Numbered from the stretch's first letter, positions 47,359-60,019 are shown. The stretch: 64,000 bases of DNA from Amoebophrya sp. A120 (GCA_905178155.1 CAJINV010000007.1:1328836-1392835); one strand, 5' to 3'. Translations and numbers: made by a program. The notes: generated by a model not told the origin, from the letters alone.

Positions 47359-48375
47359 GTTTGAAAAAGAGTTTCTACCTCTGGGACGATGAGATATGTC
47401 CCTGTGTGAGGCAGGTAAGGTAAGTAAATGAAAAAATCACTTTATTGATGTAGATGTTTCGGCCTCGTAAAAATCAACGCAGCATGCTAGTATTCCGTTT
47501 TAAGCACATCACTTTAACTCTTCAGCTAGGATGATAGATCCTACGCGGCGTTTTGCTCTTGACAGGGTGAATCTTGAAACTCCAGCAGTCGAAGGCCCGA
47601 ATCGACTTAAGGTCGGGCCATTCCCATTTTCTAGTAGTACTCCACCTGAGCAGAAGCGATAGAACCAGCAATGACGGTAAGAGTAACTAACAGCGCCAAT
47701 ACATTCTGCTCAGCTCGTTCCTTTCTCAAACGATTTATACGAAAGACTAATATCTTCAAGCCATGCTATCGGACAGAATGCGATACACATAACTTAGAGG
47801 GAGGACTATATCTCTAGTATTTTACGATTGCGAAATTGAAACTTGTTGTTGACTATTTGACTGTTTGAAAAGACTTTTTGGTTGTGTATCGTAGTTGGTT
47901 TCATCACAAAGGATTCTCTTAAAGTTCTAAATTTCATCTGTACAATATGTGTTGCAAACACTGCACATCCATGAAAAAACTCAATGAGAAGCTGCACAGA
48001 AACGCCGCGCATTAAAAGCAGTTGATGTTGATGATTATGAGGATCAGCAGCTTTATAATTGACGCCCAGGAGTTTTTGATGAAACGGAAACTTTAGTTGG
48101 TTCTCGCTTGGAATTTGACCTGGATCATTTTGTTCTTTTTGAACAATTCAGGTTTTTTCTTTTTGTTTCAGGAGATCCAGATCTGTCTTCCATATTTCTT
48201 GGTCGTGCTTCTCCTGTTGACGATCCTCTCTTTCGATTGTGGCAATTCTCGTTTTCACGATATGTTCAAGTTCAACTCCAATGTTTCGGTTTGCAGTTTG
48301 AGTTTGTTTCCTCTTGGGTATCATGGGAGGAAAGGTGAAGTAGTATCAAGAGGTACAACCATACACGTTAACGCG

Positions 48376-50163
48376 ATGTCGCAGTCAGAAGGTGGTCCGT
48401 CGGGCTCGAAGGGGGTAGAGATGAGTCGCGCTGCTGCTGCCGAAAATGATAAAGCATCTTCAAGTAGCGGCCCAAGTTGTAAAAAGCCGCTGCTGGAACG
48501 CGCATCGAAGATGCTCTTCGGGCTGTTTTGCTTTGCGGCGCTTTCCCTGCAGAACGCGTCCATCGTGCTACTGACCAGGTGGCTGAAAATCAACAAGCCC
48601 GAACTAGTGACACCAAAGGACGACACTCTGATTGTCGTCGGTGCCGAGCTGTTGAAGTGCGTGACGAGCTTAATTACCGTGTTTGGCTTAGTGATGCTGG
48701 GCGACGATAGAGATTATTCAGATGCGCTGAGGAAAAAGACGGACGGGGAAAAAAATAGAAGTACTTCTGCAGAGGCTACAGCTGGCGCGGCTCCTGCTGC
48801 TGCACCAGCACAAATTGATTCAATAGTATCACCAACTTCTTCACAAAGCACCTCCTGTTCGACACTTACCACTGAAGCGGGCAGCACCATTAGCATAAGA
48901 AAGCTTCGATATCAGCGGCTAGTTCAGCGGGAGCTCTTCAATTTCAAAGAGTTTGCGCACATGGGGATACCAGCATGTATTGAACAATGGCGTGAACAAT
49001 TTTTTCTGATTGATGTCCGATGTTTAAGTTTGGAATGAAGTGATTTCTTTGTCACGTCCACGAAAACGCCCAACATTGGCCTATACTCAATACAGGTATC
49101 TATCTTTTCCAGAACAAGCTGATTTTCCTTTCCTACGGGAAGCTCCCGTCGCCGATATTCCAAGTCACGTACCAATCAAAAATCCTCACCGCCGCCCTTA
49201 TGGCGAAAATCTTGATGCGCAAGGTCTTCACCTGGCGGAAATGGATAGCGTTGGTTCTCCTCATGACGGGCATCACCATCGTGCAGGTCGACGGCCACGC
49301 CTTCATCCAGTCACTGAGCGCGCAGGACCGCAGCGCCGTGGACTTCTCGGTTGGCTTGCTCGCAGCCTTGGGCGCAGTGTTTTGCAGCGGCTTGGGCGGG
49401 GTGTATTTTGAGATGGTGTTAAAAAGGGGACAGGTATAAATGAAATATGTCAAACGATGGACGAGGACTTCTTCCCCCCACCCCGTAGGTACACAGATGC
49501 TATTAGTTTAGCTTTTGATTGAAGATGAAGAACACGCAAGATTTATTACCGTGCGCGTGGCAGCACGACCAATTTCTGCTCTGTGTTGCGTTCATCTCCA
49601 CGACGGCTTGCGAAACAAATAAGCCTTTAAAATGTTAACAGGTGAACCTCTGGGTCCGCAATGTGCATCTTTCCCTCGTAAGCGTCATAGTGGGGGTCGG
49701 CAGCGCCGTGATGCCGCGAGTCGTCACTTTTGACGAGGAGGTAGTTTCACTGCTCCCTGACTTCAGCCTCTTCGACACAAGCGCGGCACCCCCGGTGTTG
49801 TTTTTGTCCCTCCTGACAATCCCCGCAAACACGCTTGCAATGGTGCGCAGTTACATCCCGACGGAGGTGAGGGTTGCGGGTTTTCTGTCAGAAACGATAG
49901 ACGTCACGCAGGATTTTCTAACCCGACTACAGCACGCGGACCCGCTGGTCTGGGGTGTGATCCTCCTCCATTGCTACGGGGGATTGTTAGTCAGCTTGCT
50001 GATCAAGTACACGGACAACATTGTGAAGGCGTTTGCCGCGGCAATCGCGATTTTAATCGCGTCCCTGGCGTCGCTGGTGTTGTTTCCGGACTTCCAACTT
50101 TCGCCGGGGTTCATGGTCGGGTTCTCGCTGGTCGCATACGCGGTCTACATGTACTCGAATTGA
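48376..50163 (+). CDS. SLC35A-family nucleotide-sugar transporter (UDP-Gal/CMP-Sia type)
   Basis: AELLKC, IPACIYLFQN, FQVTYQSKILTAA, SGLGGVYFE, NLWVRN, GGLLVSLLIKYTDNIVKAFA. GT-AG introns 48977-49095 and 49434-49641. Confidence 0.92.
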
Positions 50164-51908
50164 GAATGGCGCTGCGTCCTTCGATGTCGGGGAGGATAGA
50201 ACTCTGCATTTTTGCCGGGAAAGACCCTCTGCCGCATTCGCTTTGGGTGCACGAGGACAACGCATCGCCCACGTCGGGCTGGGGCGGCGTCGAGCGTGGA
50301 AAAAAGGCGAGCATTGATACTGGAGCAAGGCTATGTATTAAGTACACTGGCGGAGATTCTCTTTACTAAATCTATCTAAACATCGAACTGCAACAGCACT
50401 GAAGGCACAGTGATGCAACGACGCAACAAATACAATGAGCAAGTCCACCGTAGGGCACGGACTGCTGGCTTTCTTTGAAGTGGCGGAGGGCAAGAGACAA
50501 CTCTCGCGAAAGACCACAGTGGAGTATCGCTGTTCGCATTCTGGTTGCTGCGTTTATTACTGTATTTTGACGCACTTCTTGTTCTTCCTTTCGCCCCCGT
50601 TCAGTTCCTTGCGCGCTTGCAGTCGTGGCGGCCGGGCGGTGGTACAAGCGGCCGGGCGGAAGATCGGCGCGCGGGCGCTCCTCCGCAGGAGAAAAATGCC
50701 ACGGGGCGCCCGCGAACGGAATGGGGCGGGCTGGGAGCTTGGCGGCGCCCCCGTCATGCGTATAGATACAGCGCCGGCCACCGCATGCGCCCCCGCCGCG
50801 GGGCCCGCCTGTGCCTGCGGGCACCCAGAGGCGGCGCCGCGGCGCCGGTTTTTCGGCGCAGGGCCTTGGCCCGGATGGCCGCTGCCCCGCCTGCCCAGCT
50901 CCGCGGGCCGGGGCCGCGGGCGTCCGGGGGCCCGGCCCGGATGCGGCGCGAGCTTCCGCGCCCAGGGAAATAAACAAAACAGGCCCCGATCCAGTCGACG
51001 GAGGAGAATTACCGCCGCGCGAAATGACCCAGAGAAGGCATCGCGAAGGCGGGCGCGCGATGGATTTCATCACGCGGGGCGCCCCATTGCCGGCCCGGCG
51101 CGCTTGTCAGCCCTTCCCTGGGTTTCCCCGGCCGGCCTGCCTTTGGCGCGCGGGCGCCGAGCGTCTCGGCCGGCTGCGCTTTCCCCCGCCCGGCTTTTGG
51201 CGGTCGGCGCAGCGGCCCGCGTCTTGCGTGGCCTTCTCTGCCCCTGGCGGCCGGGGCGGCAGCGCGCAGCAGCCCCACCCCGCCTGCCCCTATTTTTCTG
51301 CTGCCGCCGGGCACCAAAGCGCCGGCCGCTTCAGCCGTGTTTTTTTTCCCGGCGGGCGCCAGCACTCTTCCGCCTTATTGTTGTTGGGGGCAATAGGCAC
51401 GCAGCGGGCACGCCCGGCGCTGTGTTCTTGCTTGGGCAATGAATCGGCTTGCCGCGACTGCGCGCCGCTAAGCCGGCGGCACGCACCGCCCGGGAGGGCA
51501 GGCCTGCCAAGCCGATGGCGCTGCCGGCCGGTATGGCAACCGGCTAGCTTTGGGGGCCGAACTCGCTGTGGCTACTTGTTGTGTGGGACTTTACCTTGCT
51601 CTTTTTTTTGTCGCCCAACTGCCCGGACGATTGCAAGAAGAAGGAGCGCATTGGCCTCGTGAAGGCTCGAGGTAGCACGGGGGAGCGCTTTCCTTCCTTC
51701 GAGTGTTCGCGGCTTTCACTTCTTTGTCCTTGTGCGGCCATTCTGGGGAGAGCATGCAGGGACATTGCAGGGCTGCTTGGGATTGGCAGGAAGCACTGCT
51801 CGACCACCACGAGGGCAACTGATAGAGCTCCTACAGAGAGAGGACCTTTTCAGGTGCGTGACAGCCAATCATTAAGATTGATTGGGATTGGCGAGATCGA
51901 GCGACAAA

Positions 51909-53474
51909 ATGAATCCGGAAGTTCTGAAGGAGAAGCTGCACTCCATCGTGAGTGACAACCGGAGCTACGCGAGCGAGCACAAGGAACTCTTTGACCGGGC
52001 GCGCGAACTGATGGAAAACCCGGAGGAGCTGGAGAAGAACTTGGCAATCATCGCCAAGGAGAGCCCGGTACGATGGAAAGATCAGGATTTTCATTTCTCA
52101 ATCCGCTAAGTAATGTCATGAGGAGCTACTTGCATCACAAGTAAGGATCGCAGTACAGTAGTTTTACTTCCACCTCCGCTCAACACCCAGGTCGGCCAAC
52201 TCCTGGCACTCGAAACCCTCGAACAAGCTGCCGATAACGAAAGCGACACCCAGTCCGAGCAGGGGCTTCTGCAAGCGCACGAGAACGATGAAAAAACGAA
52301 TACGAAATTGAAGTCGAAAGTGGACAAGCTGCAGAAGAAGATCGAGCAGGTGCAGATCGAGCAGCGGATCGCGAAACAGGCGGACCAGATCTTGCACCAG
52401 GTGAAAGATTCCATGGTGAACTACAAATTCGACGACGAGTTCAACGCTTGGCGGGAAAAGGTCTGGGCGCAAGCATTGTCACAGCAAGAGGCGGAAGAAG
52501 ATCGCTTTGCAGAGGCGGATGGGAAGCCGAGGTCGTGGGTATAGGATTTTGAATGCCACCAGGCGAAGATGAAGTTTTTGGCGCTCCTTTTCCTTTTGCT
52601 GTGATCATGCATACGAAAAAAATTCAGTCTTTGCATTTGGATTTGACAAAAAAAATGACACACATTCATCGTCGTGTTCTAGGTTCTCCTCCGCCACCTC
52701 GATGAGAACGGGGAGCAAATCACCCAGGAGGTCGGCGACATTTTCCGGCGCGACGTGGAGACAATTAACCCGGTCCAGCATGACTACCGCAACGACCCGA
52801 TTGTGCGGAAGACCAAGCGACATTCCTGGCTGTTCTTTTCCCCAAGTAAGTGGTGCGGTCTGCTGAACAAAAAGGGAAGCGGAGGGGATGGTCGTACGAA
52901 TAATGGTCATAAAAACTACATGATGACAAGCGCGAGCGGAGTTGCGAAATGGAAGGAGCTGTCCGCTTCGGAAAGCAGCAATGCTTGGAATTTCTTGACA
53001 AGGTCGGCGATGGTGAACACAGTTTTCGCAGTTCTTCTCGCGATCGGATTTGTCGTTGGTATTCTGCTGTATTCGGTCTCATTGGGCGGGAAGAGTGACG
53101 GCGTGGTTGCAGCTGCCGGCGCTCTTGCTGATCCGACAGTTGTGTTGCAAGGCGGTGCGAGCGGACGCGTAGGTGAGCTGGGTGCCGTCGTTCCAAAAAC
53201 GGACCTTGGCTCGTCCCACGTGACTTCCGCGGGCGGCGTTTCAAGTGTAGTAGAAACGAATGCACTAACAGCACCAGTCGCAAGAGGAAGAGCGGAAATT
53301 GCAGCAGCTTCTCCTACTTCCTCGGGCGTCGGTGCGAAAAGAACTTTGCTGCCACGACTGCAGGCATCTGCAGCTGGATCTTCCCTAGACGTGGAGGAAC
53401 AAGCAGAAGCGGACATGTCGCTCTACAGTGCCATGAAGCAGCGGACGAGCAGACGCAGTGCCGGCATTGTGTAA
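51909..53474 (+). CDS. Hypothetical coiled-coil protein with one TM helix
   Basis: Three exons joined in frame by GT-AG introns 52068-52190 and 52539-52682; TM VFAVLLAIGFVVGILLY. Confidence 0.65.
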
Positions 53475-53970
53475 GTTGAGGGAATTTTGGTACTTTTTCG
53501 ATCGAAGCCGATCGATAAGAAAAAATCCATGTGCATTTGCTTGTCCCTGTTCATCATCATTTTTGCGGTTTTCATGAAGCACAAGGTTTGAAGGAGGCCG
53601 TAGCAAAAACTTTTCTTTTGGACTCCGAATGAAACTTTCAGCTGACTTTTGCTGCGCCGAAACGAATGAATGCTTCCGAATAAAAATATGCTGTCCAAGT
53701 GTTTACTGCCGTCGGGAACATCTGGCGAAATGCGAGTTCAGGTCGAAAAGAGTAAAAGAAGAACGCGTCACACCATCCTCGCTGCGTCCTCTTGCGTAAA
53801 AACGTGTTCTCCGTTTTTTGTTCTCATTTTTCCCAGTTTTCCCGTTTGAAGGAAACATATCTTTTTGAATTTCTAGATCCACAAGGAGCCTCTATAATGG
53901 AGACAACGACGATGTTGTTGCTCGGGCTGATTTTTTGACGATCACGCGCTTTTCCGCGACAACAAAAATT

Positions 53971-54924
53971 ATGTTCCGCCTGTACGACGACGATCTGAAC
54001 CCCGAAACCAACGCGAACCCCCTCGAGCCACCACGGCCCCCCGAAGAGCAAGCCGGCAACGGACTTCCGCATGAGAGCAGCGGGATCACGAGCAAAATGT
54101 CGGACAGCAAAGCAGCAGGCGTCGGTAATAGCGGCAAAGAGCCGAGAACGAAGCTGCAGACGTTCAAGATGACGCTGTCGGCTGGGGGGATTTTGGTATA
54201 GTCATACATACTGTGTCTCTGACATTCCAGGAGCCTGCCCATATCATGGCTCTTGCATTTCGTCGAAACATGTTTTCTATCTGAATTCGCGTGGCAATTG
54301 TCAACTTCACCCAATGTTCACAGAACTGCCTCGGCATGCTGATCATGGCCGGGATGATGATCATTCACCTAGACCAGACCGACTTCTTTTCCGTCTGCTA
54401 CTCCCTTTCGCAGGCTATGCTGTTTTTCGCCGCGGCAGTGTTTGTCTTCATTATGGAGGGGAGGTTTATCTTCCCGCGCGAGTCGGACCTGCAGAAGAAC
54501 TGGCGACAAAAGCTGTCGGTGTTTCTGTTCAACAAACTCGGTATTATTGACTTGCTTTGCTGGTTGTTTCATGCATATCAATTCTAGGAAAACTACGAAA
54601 AGCAATTTCATTGCGTGGCACGTAGGAAAAGCGAAGTTTTAATTTTCCATTTCCGCATTGCAAATCTCCTCCCTTTCAGGTCTTGGGGTCTTCTACTTTT
54701 GGATCGGCGCGTTGATCATGGGTGGGAAGAACTACACCCACGAGAGCCAACGAACCTTGGGCCGCTGCATCGGGGTGCTGTCCTGGGTGTTGTTTGCCGG
54801 CAACATTTTGACCTCGTGCGCGATGGACCGGGCGACGCCCGAGGGGGAAGCGGCGGACAGGCAGGCGATCGGGAAACCCCTGGACACGGACTTGCACTTC
54901 GATGAGCAGGCGAGCCGGGTGTGA
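53971..54924 (+). CDS. COPI-associated (Tvp15-like) small membrane protein
   Basis: TM helices and FLFNKL-GLGVFYFWIG motif; GT-AG intron 54541-54679; first junction (~54196-54285) unresolved. Confidence 0.6.
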
Positions 54925-55314
54925 ACCTGGGATGTGATTTTTCTCCATTGAAAAGCGAATCGCGCCTCCACCTGCGCCAGTATATAATCCTCTTACTTAC
55001 TTACAGATACAGTATGGACCGCATAATAGAGAACATACTTTAGCAGAGAACCGTGAAAATACAAGTGCAGCACGGATATAGAAGAAGAAGAAGAAGAAGA
55101 ACGAGAAGCAAAAGCAATAAAGGTGCTTGTCAGACCAGGCGGCACTCGATCGCTTTCAAAATTTGAAAAACTACACTTGTTCAAAAACAAAGTCGTGTCG
55201 AACACGAATCAGCTGCTGTGGCCAGAACAAAGAAACGCACATAATCTCTGTGACCACGCGATCAGATTCGAGGTAAAGACAGGATGCGATCACGCCTCTC
55301 GATCTATCGAATAG

Positions 55315-56700
55315 ATGAAGGCGTTACTTGCAAAAATGCTTAGTGAGAGAATCTTTGCGACCACGGTACTACACGAGACTCTGATTTACCGTTTTTTTTG
55401 TCCGCTCCAAAGATCCTCCTTGCGCTTTCGCGCGACTGCGTTTCTTGTCGGGGTTCTTCTGGTACTCGGGAGTGCAGTTGTCTCCTCAGCAGCAGCAGCA
55501 GAAGAATCATCGTCTCCCGATGAGTATTCCTACAGCAGCACGACTAGCAGCAAGCTCGCAGCTGCCTATCACGACAGCCATGGCTTCTTCACGGACATCC
55601 CAGATGCCGTCTGGCAAAGACGGAAACAGAAGCATCGAAAAGTCGTCCTTGAGCAGCACAACCGGGGCGAGATTCCGGAGCGGCCGCAGGCATGGTACCA
55701 GAGAAACTACGACCCGACACTTACTTGCCCGGACCAGGAGAAAATCGGTGGGGCAAAGGACGGCGGGAAGTGGGTGTGCGACCCGCATAGGATAGGAACT
55801 TCTACTGGTGAAGATGAAACTACAAACGCGGCCGCGCATTCGTTTCAACCACCAGCACGTGCTCGTCCAAATAACAGCTCTTGTTTGATCTACAGCATCG
55901 GGAGTAACTTTGACTTTGGGTTCGAATTATCCGCCCTCGCGGGAATTTCGGGAAAGTGCGAAATCCACGTTTTCGATCCGTTGTTTGCTGATTTGGAGAA
56001 AGCAAAACGGGAATGGACACGGCAGCTGACGCAAAAGAGAAGAGACGACAGGGAATTTTTTCTGTCGACACGGAACAAGCAGCTCGATTTGCAAAATGTG
56101 CAAGTGTATTTTCACAACTTCGGACTGCAGGCTTCGCAGGAAGCGAGTGTATCGCACCTGCTCCTCCCCTGGAACCCACCGGAAGAAAGCGTTTTGGTAG
56201 AAGCGACGGCTGCGGCAACAAGACGGCGACAGGAGAAAAACATTGCTCCCAAAGGCGTAGTGAAGGTGATGAAGTCGCTGTTCGAAATGCGAAGTTTTTT
56301 AGGGCATACCAACCGGACGATCGACGTTTTCAAAATGGACTGCGAAGGGTGTGAGTGGGAAGTATTTGCGGAAATCTTTGCTATTGACGAAAAGGTAGAG
56401 GCAGCAACAGAAGCGGGGAAGGGGGATTTAATTGTTGCAGCAAGAACGCCGGCGATTCGGCAGGTTCTGATCGAGCTCCACGAGGGAACCAATCTGCACT
56501 ACAACAGCAGCAGTCGGAATCCGCACACACTAGCTCGAGGGTGCGGCCCGATACCGCAGGCAGAGCGGCTCTTTCGTACTGCCCGCAAGCACGGGTGGGT
56601 GTTGTTTGCGAAAGAGGCGAACATTCAGGGAACCGATGGTCGGTGCGTGGAAGTAAGTTTTCTGAAAATGGAACGAACTTTTTTCGGTTTGGAGGATTGA
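55315..56700 (+). CDS. Methyltransf_22 / METTL24-like (FkbM-related) methyltransferase
   Basis: KIGGAKDGGKWVCDP, CLIYSIGSNFDFGFE, CEIHVFDP, LGHTNRTIDVFKMDCEGCEW, RQVLIELH; N-terminal hydrophobic anchor; intronless. Confidence 0.85.
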   Translation: MKALLAKMLSERIFATTVLHETLIYRFFCPLQRSSLRFRATAFLVGVLLVLGSAVVSSAAAAEESSSPDEYSYSSTTSSKLAAAYHDSHGFFTDIPDAVWQRRKQKHRKVVLEQHNRGEIPERPQAWYQRNYDPTLTCPDQEKIGGAKDGGKWVCDPHRIGTSTGEDETTNAAAHSFQPPARARPNNSSCLIYSIGSNFDFGFELSALAGISGKCEIHVFDPLFADLEKAKREWTRQLTQKRRDDREFFLSTRNKQLDLQNVQVYFHNFGLQASQEASVSHLLLPWNPPEESVLVEATAAATRRRQEKNIAPKGVVKVMKSLFEMRSFLGHTNRTIDVFKMDCEGCEWEVFAEIFAIDEKVEAATEAGKGDLIVAARTPAIRQVLIELHEGTNLHYNSSSRNPHTLARGCGPIPQAERLFRTARKHGWVLFAKEANIQGTDGRCVEVSFLKMERTFFGLED

Positions 56701-57145
56701 GTTGCTGATACAATTGCAGGGTTGTGACGGAAAGCAAAGCTGTATTGTAAGGCGTCTTTGTGGTCCTGGTCAAACAGAGGAGGACACCAAAAGACAGTGT
56801 TATATAAAATAGTGTTGTTGTTTTCACATTCATAAGGAGAGGTGGTCTACTCACGACTCGGGGAGATGATTTAGATCCCGAATCTATCACACTGACATAG
56901 AAATTTTTCTCTTTGGAAAAGATATCAAACCAAGAGTAGTGCAGAATATCATTTGACGGATAGTACAACGTGGAAACCTCGCCACAGGGTACTCATCTTC
57001 GGCATGAAGCGAGGAGAGGTGTAGAAGAGTGATAATGTTCTTGTGCAATTTCTATTGCGCCGCCATAATATTTCAATAAAAGTAGTACTCATCTGGATCT
57101 ACTTCGTCAAGAAGCTGAAAGTCCGCGTGAGGCAGTAACTAGCAG

Positions 57146-60019
57146 ATGGTCGTGCGCTTCTTGCTGCGGTTCTTTGACCTCGGTCCCGCTGGTTGTGGCA
57201 CTTTGGCGGCGCAGCAAGCAATTTTGTTATTTTGCGCGCCAGCGTTCGGATTGGACTTGGAGGGTAGCTTGAGCAACGGAGGAGCCGCGCATACCTCTTC
57301 GCAGAATGCAGAGCCCAACGCTTCACTGCTGCAAGAGAGCGAGATACCAGGGGCGCCTGCCCACGGTGATGCCGGTCCGAGCTCAGCATCGGGAGAGCTA
57401 GCCGCCACGAGCAGAAGTGGAAAAGATCAGGATCTCCTCGATGTCCCAGTATCGCCACAGGTTGAGCACGTCGCCCTTGGCCAAGACGCCGAGTTCAACT
57501 TCTCTTCACCGAGCGACGAAGCAGACACGGAGGGTGATGAAAGCGTCATTGGTGCGGCTCATGAGGCTGCCTCCATGTTGGCTCCCGCAGGTGGTGGACG
57601 AGAAAAAACCAAAAGCAGTGAGCGATCATCTCCTTCGTCTTTCGCGGCGAAGACGACCGGCGCAGCAGCGCTTGCGACTGCTCTGGGAAGTGGCCAGCTT
57701 GATGTTCCATCACCACAAGATGGCGATCATCCGCCGGAGAGCACCGCCAGCAGTACTCGATCACTTCTGGAGGAAGCAAGCGATGTGGTGGCTGATGCGG
57801 AGCGCGCTTCTTTTTCTTCTGCGCCAGATGGAGCGATGAAGACCATGGGGGACGACGACCCTTCCCTCGAGCCGATGAAGCGAGAGTTGCGTGGTCGAAT
57901 GCTGCAAGACTTGAAGCGAGAGGTGATGGAAGAGGTGAGAAAGGAATTGGCGGGGCATGATCTTCTGTACCGGGGGGAGATCGAGAGGCTTTCCCAGGAG
58001 AATGTGGCGCTGAAGGCGAGAGCTGAGTCGTTTGAGGACGAGACGTGGCGTTCGTTCCAGCGAGTTCGCTTTGGCGGGACCGCAGTGTATCACATGCTTC
58101 GATTTCTTCTGTGGGTGTTCATCGGCACGGCGCGGAGCAGCCAGCAGATCACGTTTGTACTGCTCTCGTTCGGGTACGCATTCGTCTTGATTGGTTCCGC
58201 CGCGCCGTGGTACTTGGTAATGTTCGCTAGTGTCGAAACGCGCCGTCGCTATTTTTCGCGGGGCCAAGCAAGTACTCGCAGTCGCGGACGCTCCTCCGAC
58301 CACCTGGCAAAGGACCACCTGCGGGCCGGGACCGAAGCGACGAGGACACAACTGCAGGGATCCGAGAGTGAATCGCTGCTTGCGATTGCTCGCGAAGTCT
58401 CTGGTGGTGGTGGTGGTGGTGCCGGCGCTGGAGGAGAAGACGGAAGAATCCAACGGCGTGAACAAGAGCAGACCCTGCCTCTAGCCAAGCATGCCGAGTC
58501 CGAAGCAGGTGACAAGACGGACGAGGAGGAAGATGCAGACGACCCGCTGCCAAATGATTTCGCGAAGTTCGGGACCCTCTCTTGCGTGTGTCAGCGGCGC
58601 GATTCCGCGGAGGGGCTCGTTTTCACGCTCTCTGTGGTGCTGTATATGGTGAGCTCCCTGTTGGCGGTGCCTTCATTCGAGGCCTACCCGGCGTGGTGCA
58701 AGTGGCGAGACGTGGATGTGCTGCTGCAGGGCAACCCGGGGCTTCCGCGCATGCAAAACTGGAAGGAAGTGTCCGCTCGGGCAGTCTGGCACGTGTTTCC
58801 GATTTTCTGTTTCGTTTGTGTGGCCGTTTTGCCTTCAACCACCGATGAGGACGCAAAACTCAGGGTGGCACGCGCAAGGCTTCTCACCATTCTGCATGGA
58901 GTGAGCGCATTCGTGGGCACAGCGACGCTCATGATTTTCGAGTCGGTACAACTCTTCTGGGGCGAAAACGTGCCGCTCAGTTACTTGTTCGTCATTTTCA
59001 ATTCGCGGGTACCTACCAACTTCAACTTCTGGTCCACTGAAGCGCAGGATGCCTCTTCGTTCGGTGGTCAGGATTTGAGGGAGCCCCATGCTTGGCACGG
59101 TGGCTGCATCGATTACGAAGCGAAGCCCATCCCCTGGAATCGGTGGGCTTACGTGCGTCTGGTAGTGCTGGGCGTCGCTTGGGTACTGGGGCTGTTCTTC
59201 ATGTCTTGTGGGATTCTGCTGGCTGTCTTAGATGCACCATGTGCACCAGCGCAGGTCAAGGATGCTGGTGTCAGGTGTTTGTCTATCCTGACACTGAAAG
59301 TTCGGCTGCAGACAAAAAAACGGCTGGCACGGACGTCTTTTATTCTCGAAATCATTTTTATGTACTCTTTGTTTGCCCTGCCGCCGCTCAGCGCCTACTC
59401 TCGCCTCTACGATTCGACTTCCGGCGGCTTTCTGCGAACAAGCAACAACTCTTGCACGAATTGGGTCGACGAGTTTCTTGCCCCCGTTACTTTCCATCGC
59501 TTGCTGGATTTTGTGCCCCCGGAAAAGCTGTACCTTCGCGGGGAGACGCGGGAAGAGCGAGAAAAAATGACTCGTTTGTCGTATTTGGACTTTGCCGCCT
59601 GGCCCGCCGTCGCCTTCGAAACAGTAACTGCGAACACGGGCCCACTTCTTCGTATTTTTGCGTACCAGGACTTGGCTACGGAGCTAAAATTGAATCCGCA
59701 CAACGCAAAACTTTTACAGCAGACGTTTCGTCCCTCGAAACGGCCCGGCAAAAAGCCCTCTCTTTCAACCCTGGTCGACCGTGAAAGTACGTCCATCCGC
59801 GACGGCGAATTCGCAGAGAAGATGGCCCACTTCGCAAAACTTGAAGAGATTAAGCGCAGAAATAACAACACTGGAACATATCGGGATATCGACCTGGACG
59901 AGGTCCGTTTTCACTACAAGAGAGGTTTTCGGATGGTGAACAACTCGGCGTGGAACACGACTCGTACTACGGGTGCCGCGCCGCCTGCTCCAACGCCTGG
60001 ACGGGAGTCAACGTCTTGA
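57146..60019 (+). CDS. Hypothetical 957-aa multi-pass membrane protein with coiled-coil, intronless
   Basis: Long uninterrupted ORF; signal-like N-terminus, S-rich region, coiled-coil, about 7 TM segments; no family confidently recognised. Confidence 0.75.
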   Translation: MVVRFLLRFFDLGPAGCGTLAAQQAILLFCAPAFGLDLEGSLSNGGAAHTSSQNAEPNASLLQESEIPGAPAHGDAGPSSASGELAATSRSGKDQDLLDVPVSPQVEHVALGQDAEFNFSSPSDEADTEGDESVIGAAHEAASMLAPAGGGREKTKSSERSSPSSFAAKTTGAAALATALGSGQLDVPSPQDGDHPPESTASSTRSLLEEASDVVADAERASFSSAPDGAMKTMGDDDPSLEPMKRELRGRMLQDLKREVMEEVRKELAGHDLLYRGEIERLSQENVALKARAESFEDETWRSFQRVRFGGTAVYHMLRFLLWVFIGTARSSQQITFVLLSFGYAFVLIGSAAPWYLVMFASVETRRRYFSRGQASTRSRGRSSDHLAKDHLRAGTEATRTQLQGSESESLLAIAREVSGGGGGGAGAGGEDGRIQRREQEQTLPLAKHAESEAGDKTDEEEDADDPLPNDFAKFGTLSCVCQRRDSAEGLVFTLSVVLYMVSSLLAVPSFEAYPAWCKWRDVDVLLQGNPGLPRMQNWKEVSARAVWHVFPIFCFVCVAVLPSTTDEDAKLRVARARLLTILHGVSAFVGTATLMIFESVQLFWGENVPLSYLFVIFNSRVPTNFNFWSTEAQDASSFGGQDLREPHAWHGGCIDYEAKPIPWNRWAYVRLVVLGVAWVLGLFFMSCGILLAVLDAPCAPAQVKDAGVRCLSILTLKVRLQTKKRLARTSFILEIIFMYSLFALPPLSAYSRLYDSTSGGFLRTSNNSCTNWVDEFLAPVTFHRLLDFVPPEKLYLRGETREEREKMTRLSYLDFAAWPAVAFETVTANTGPLLRIFAYQDLATELKLNPHNAKLLQQTFRPSKRPGKKPSLSTLVDRESTSIRDGEFAEKMAHFAKLEEIKRRNNNTGTYRDIDLDEVRFHYKRGFRMVNNSAWNTTRTTGAAPPAPTPGRESTS

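Noticed and set aside
50372-51662. ORFs of 233-335 aa on both strands
   Set aside because: Low-complexity R/A/G/P products expected from very high GC; no domain recognised.
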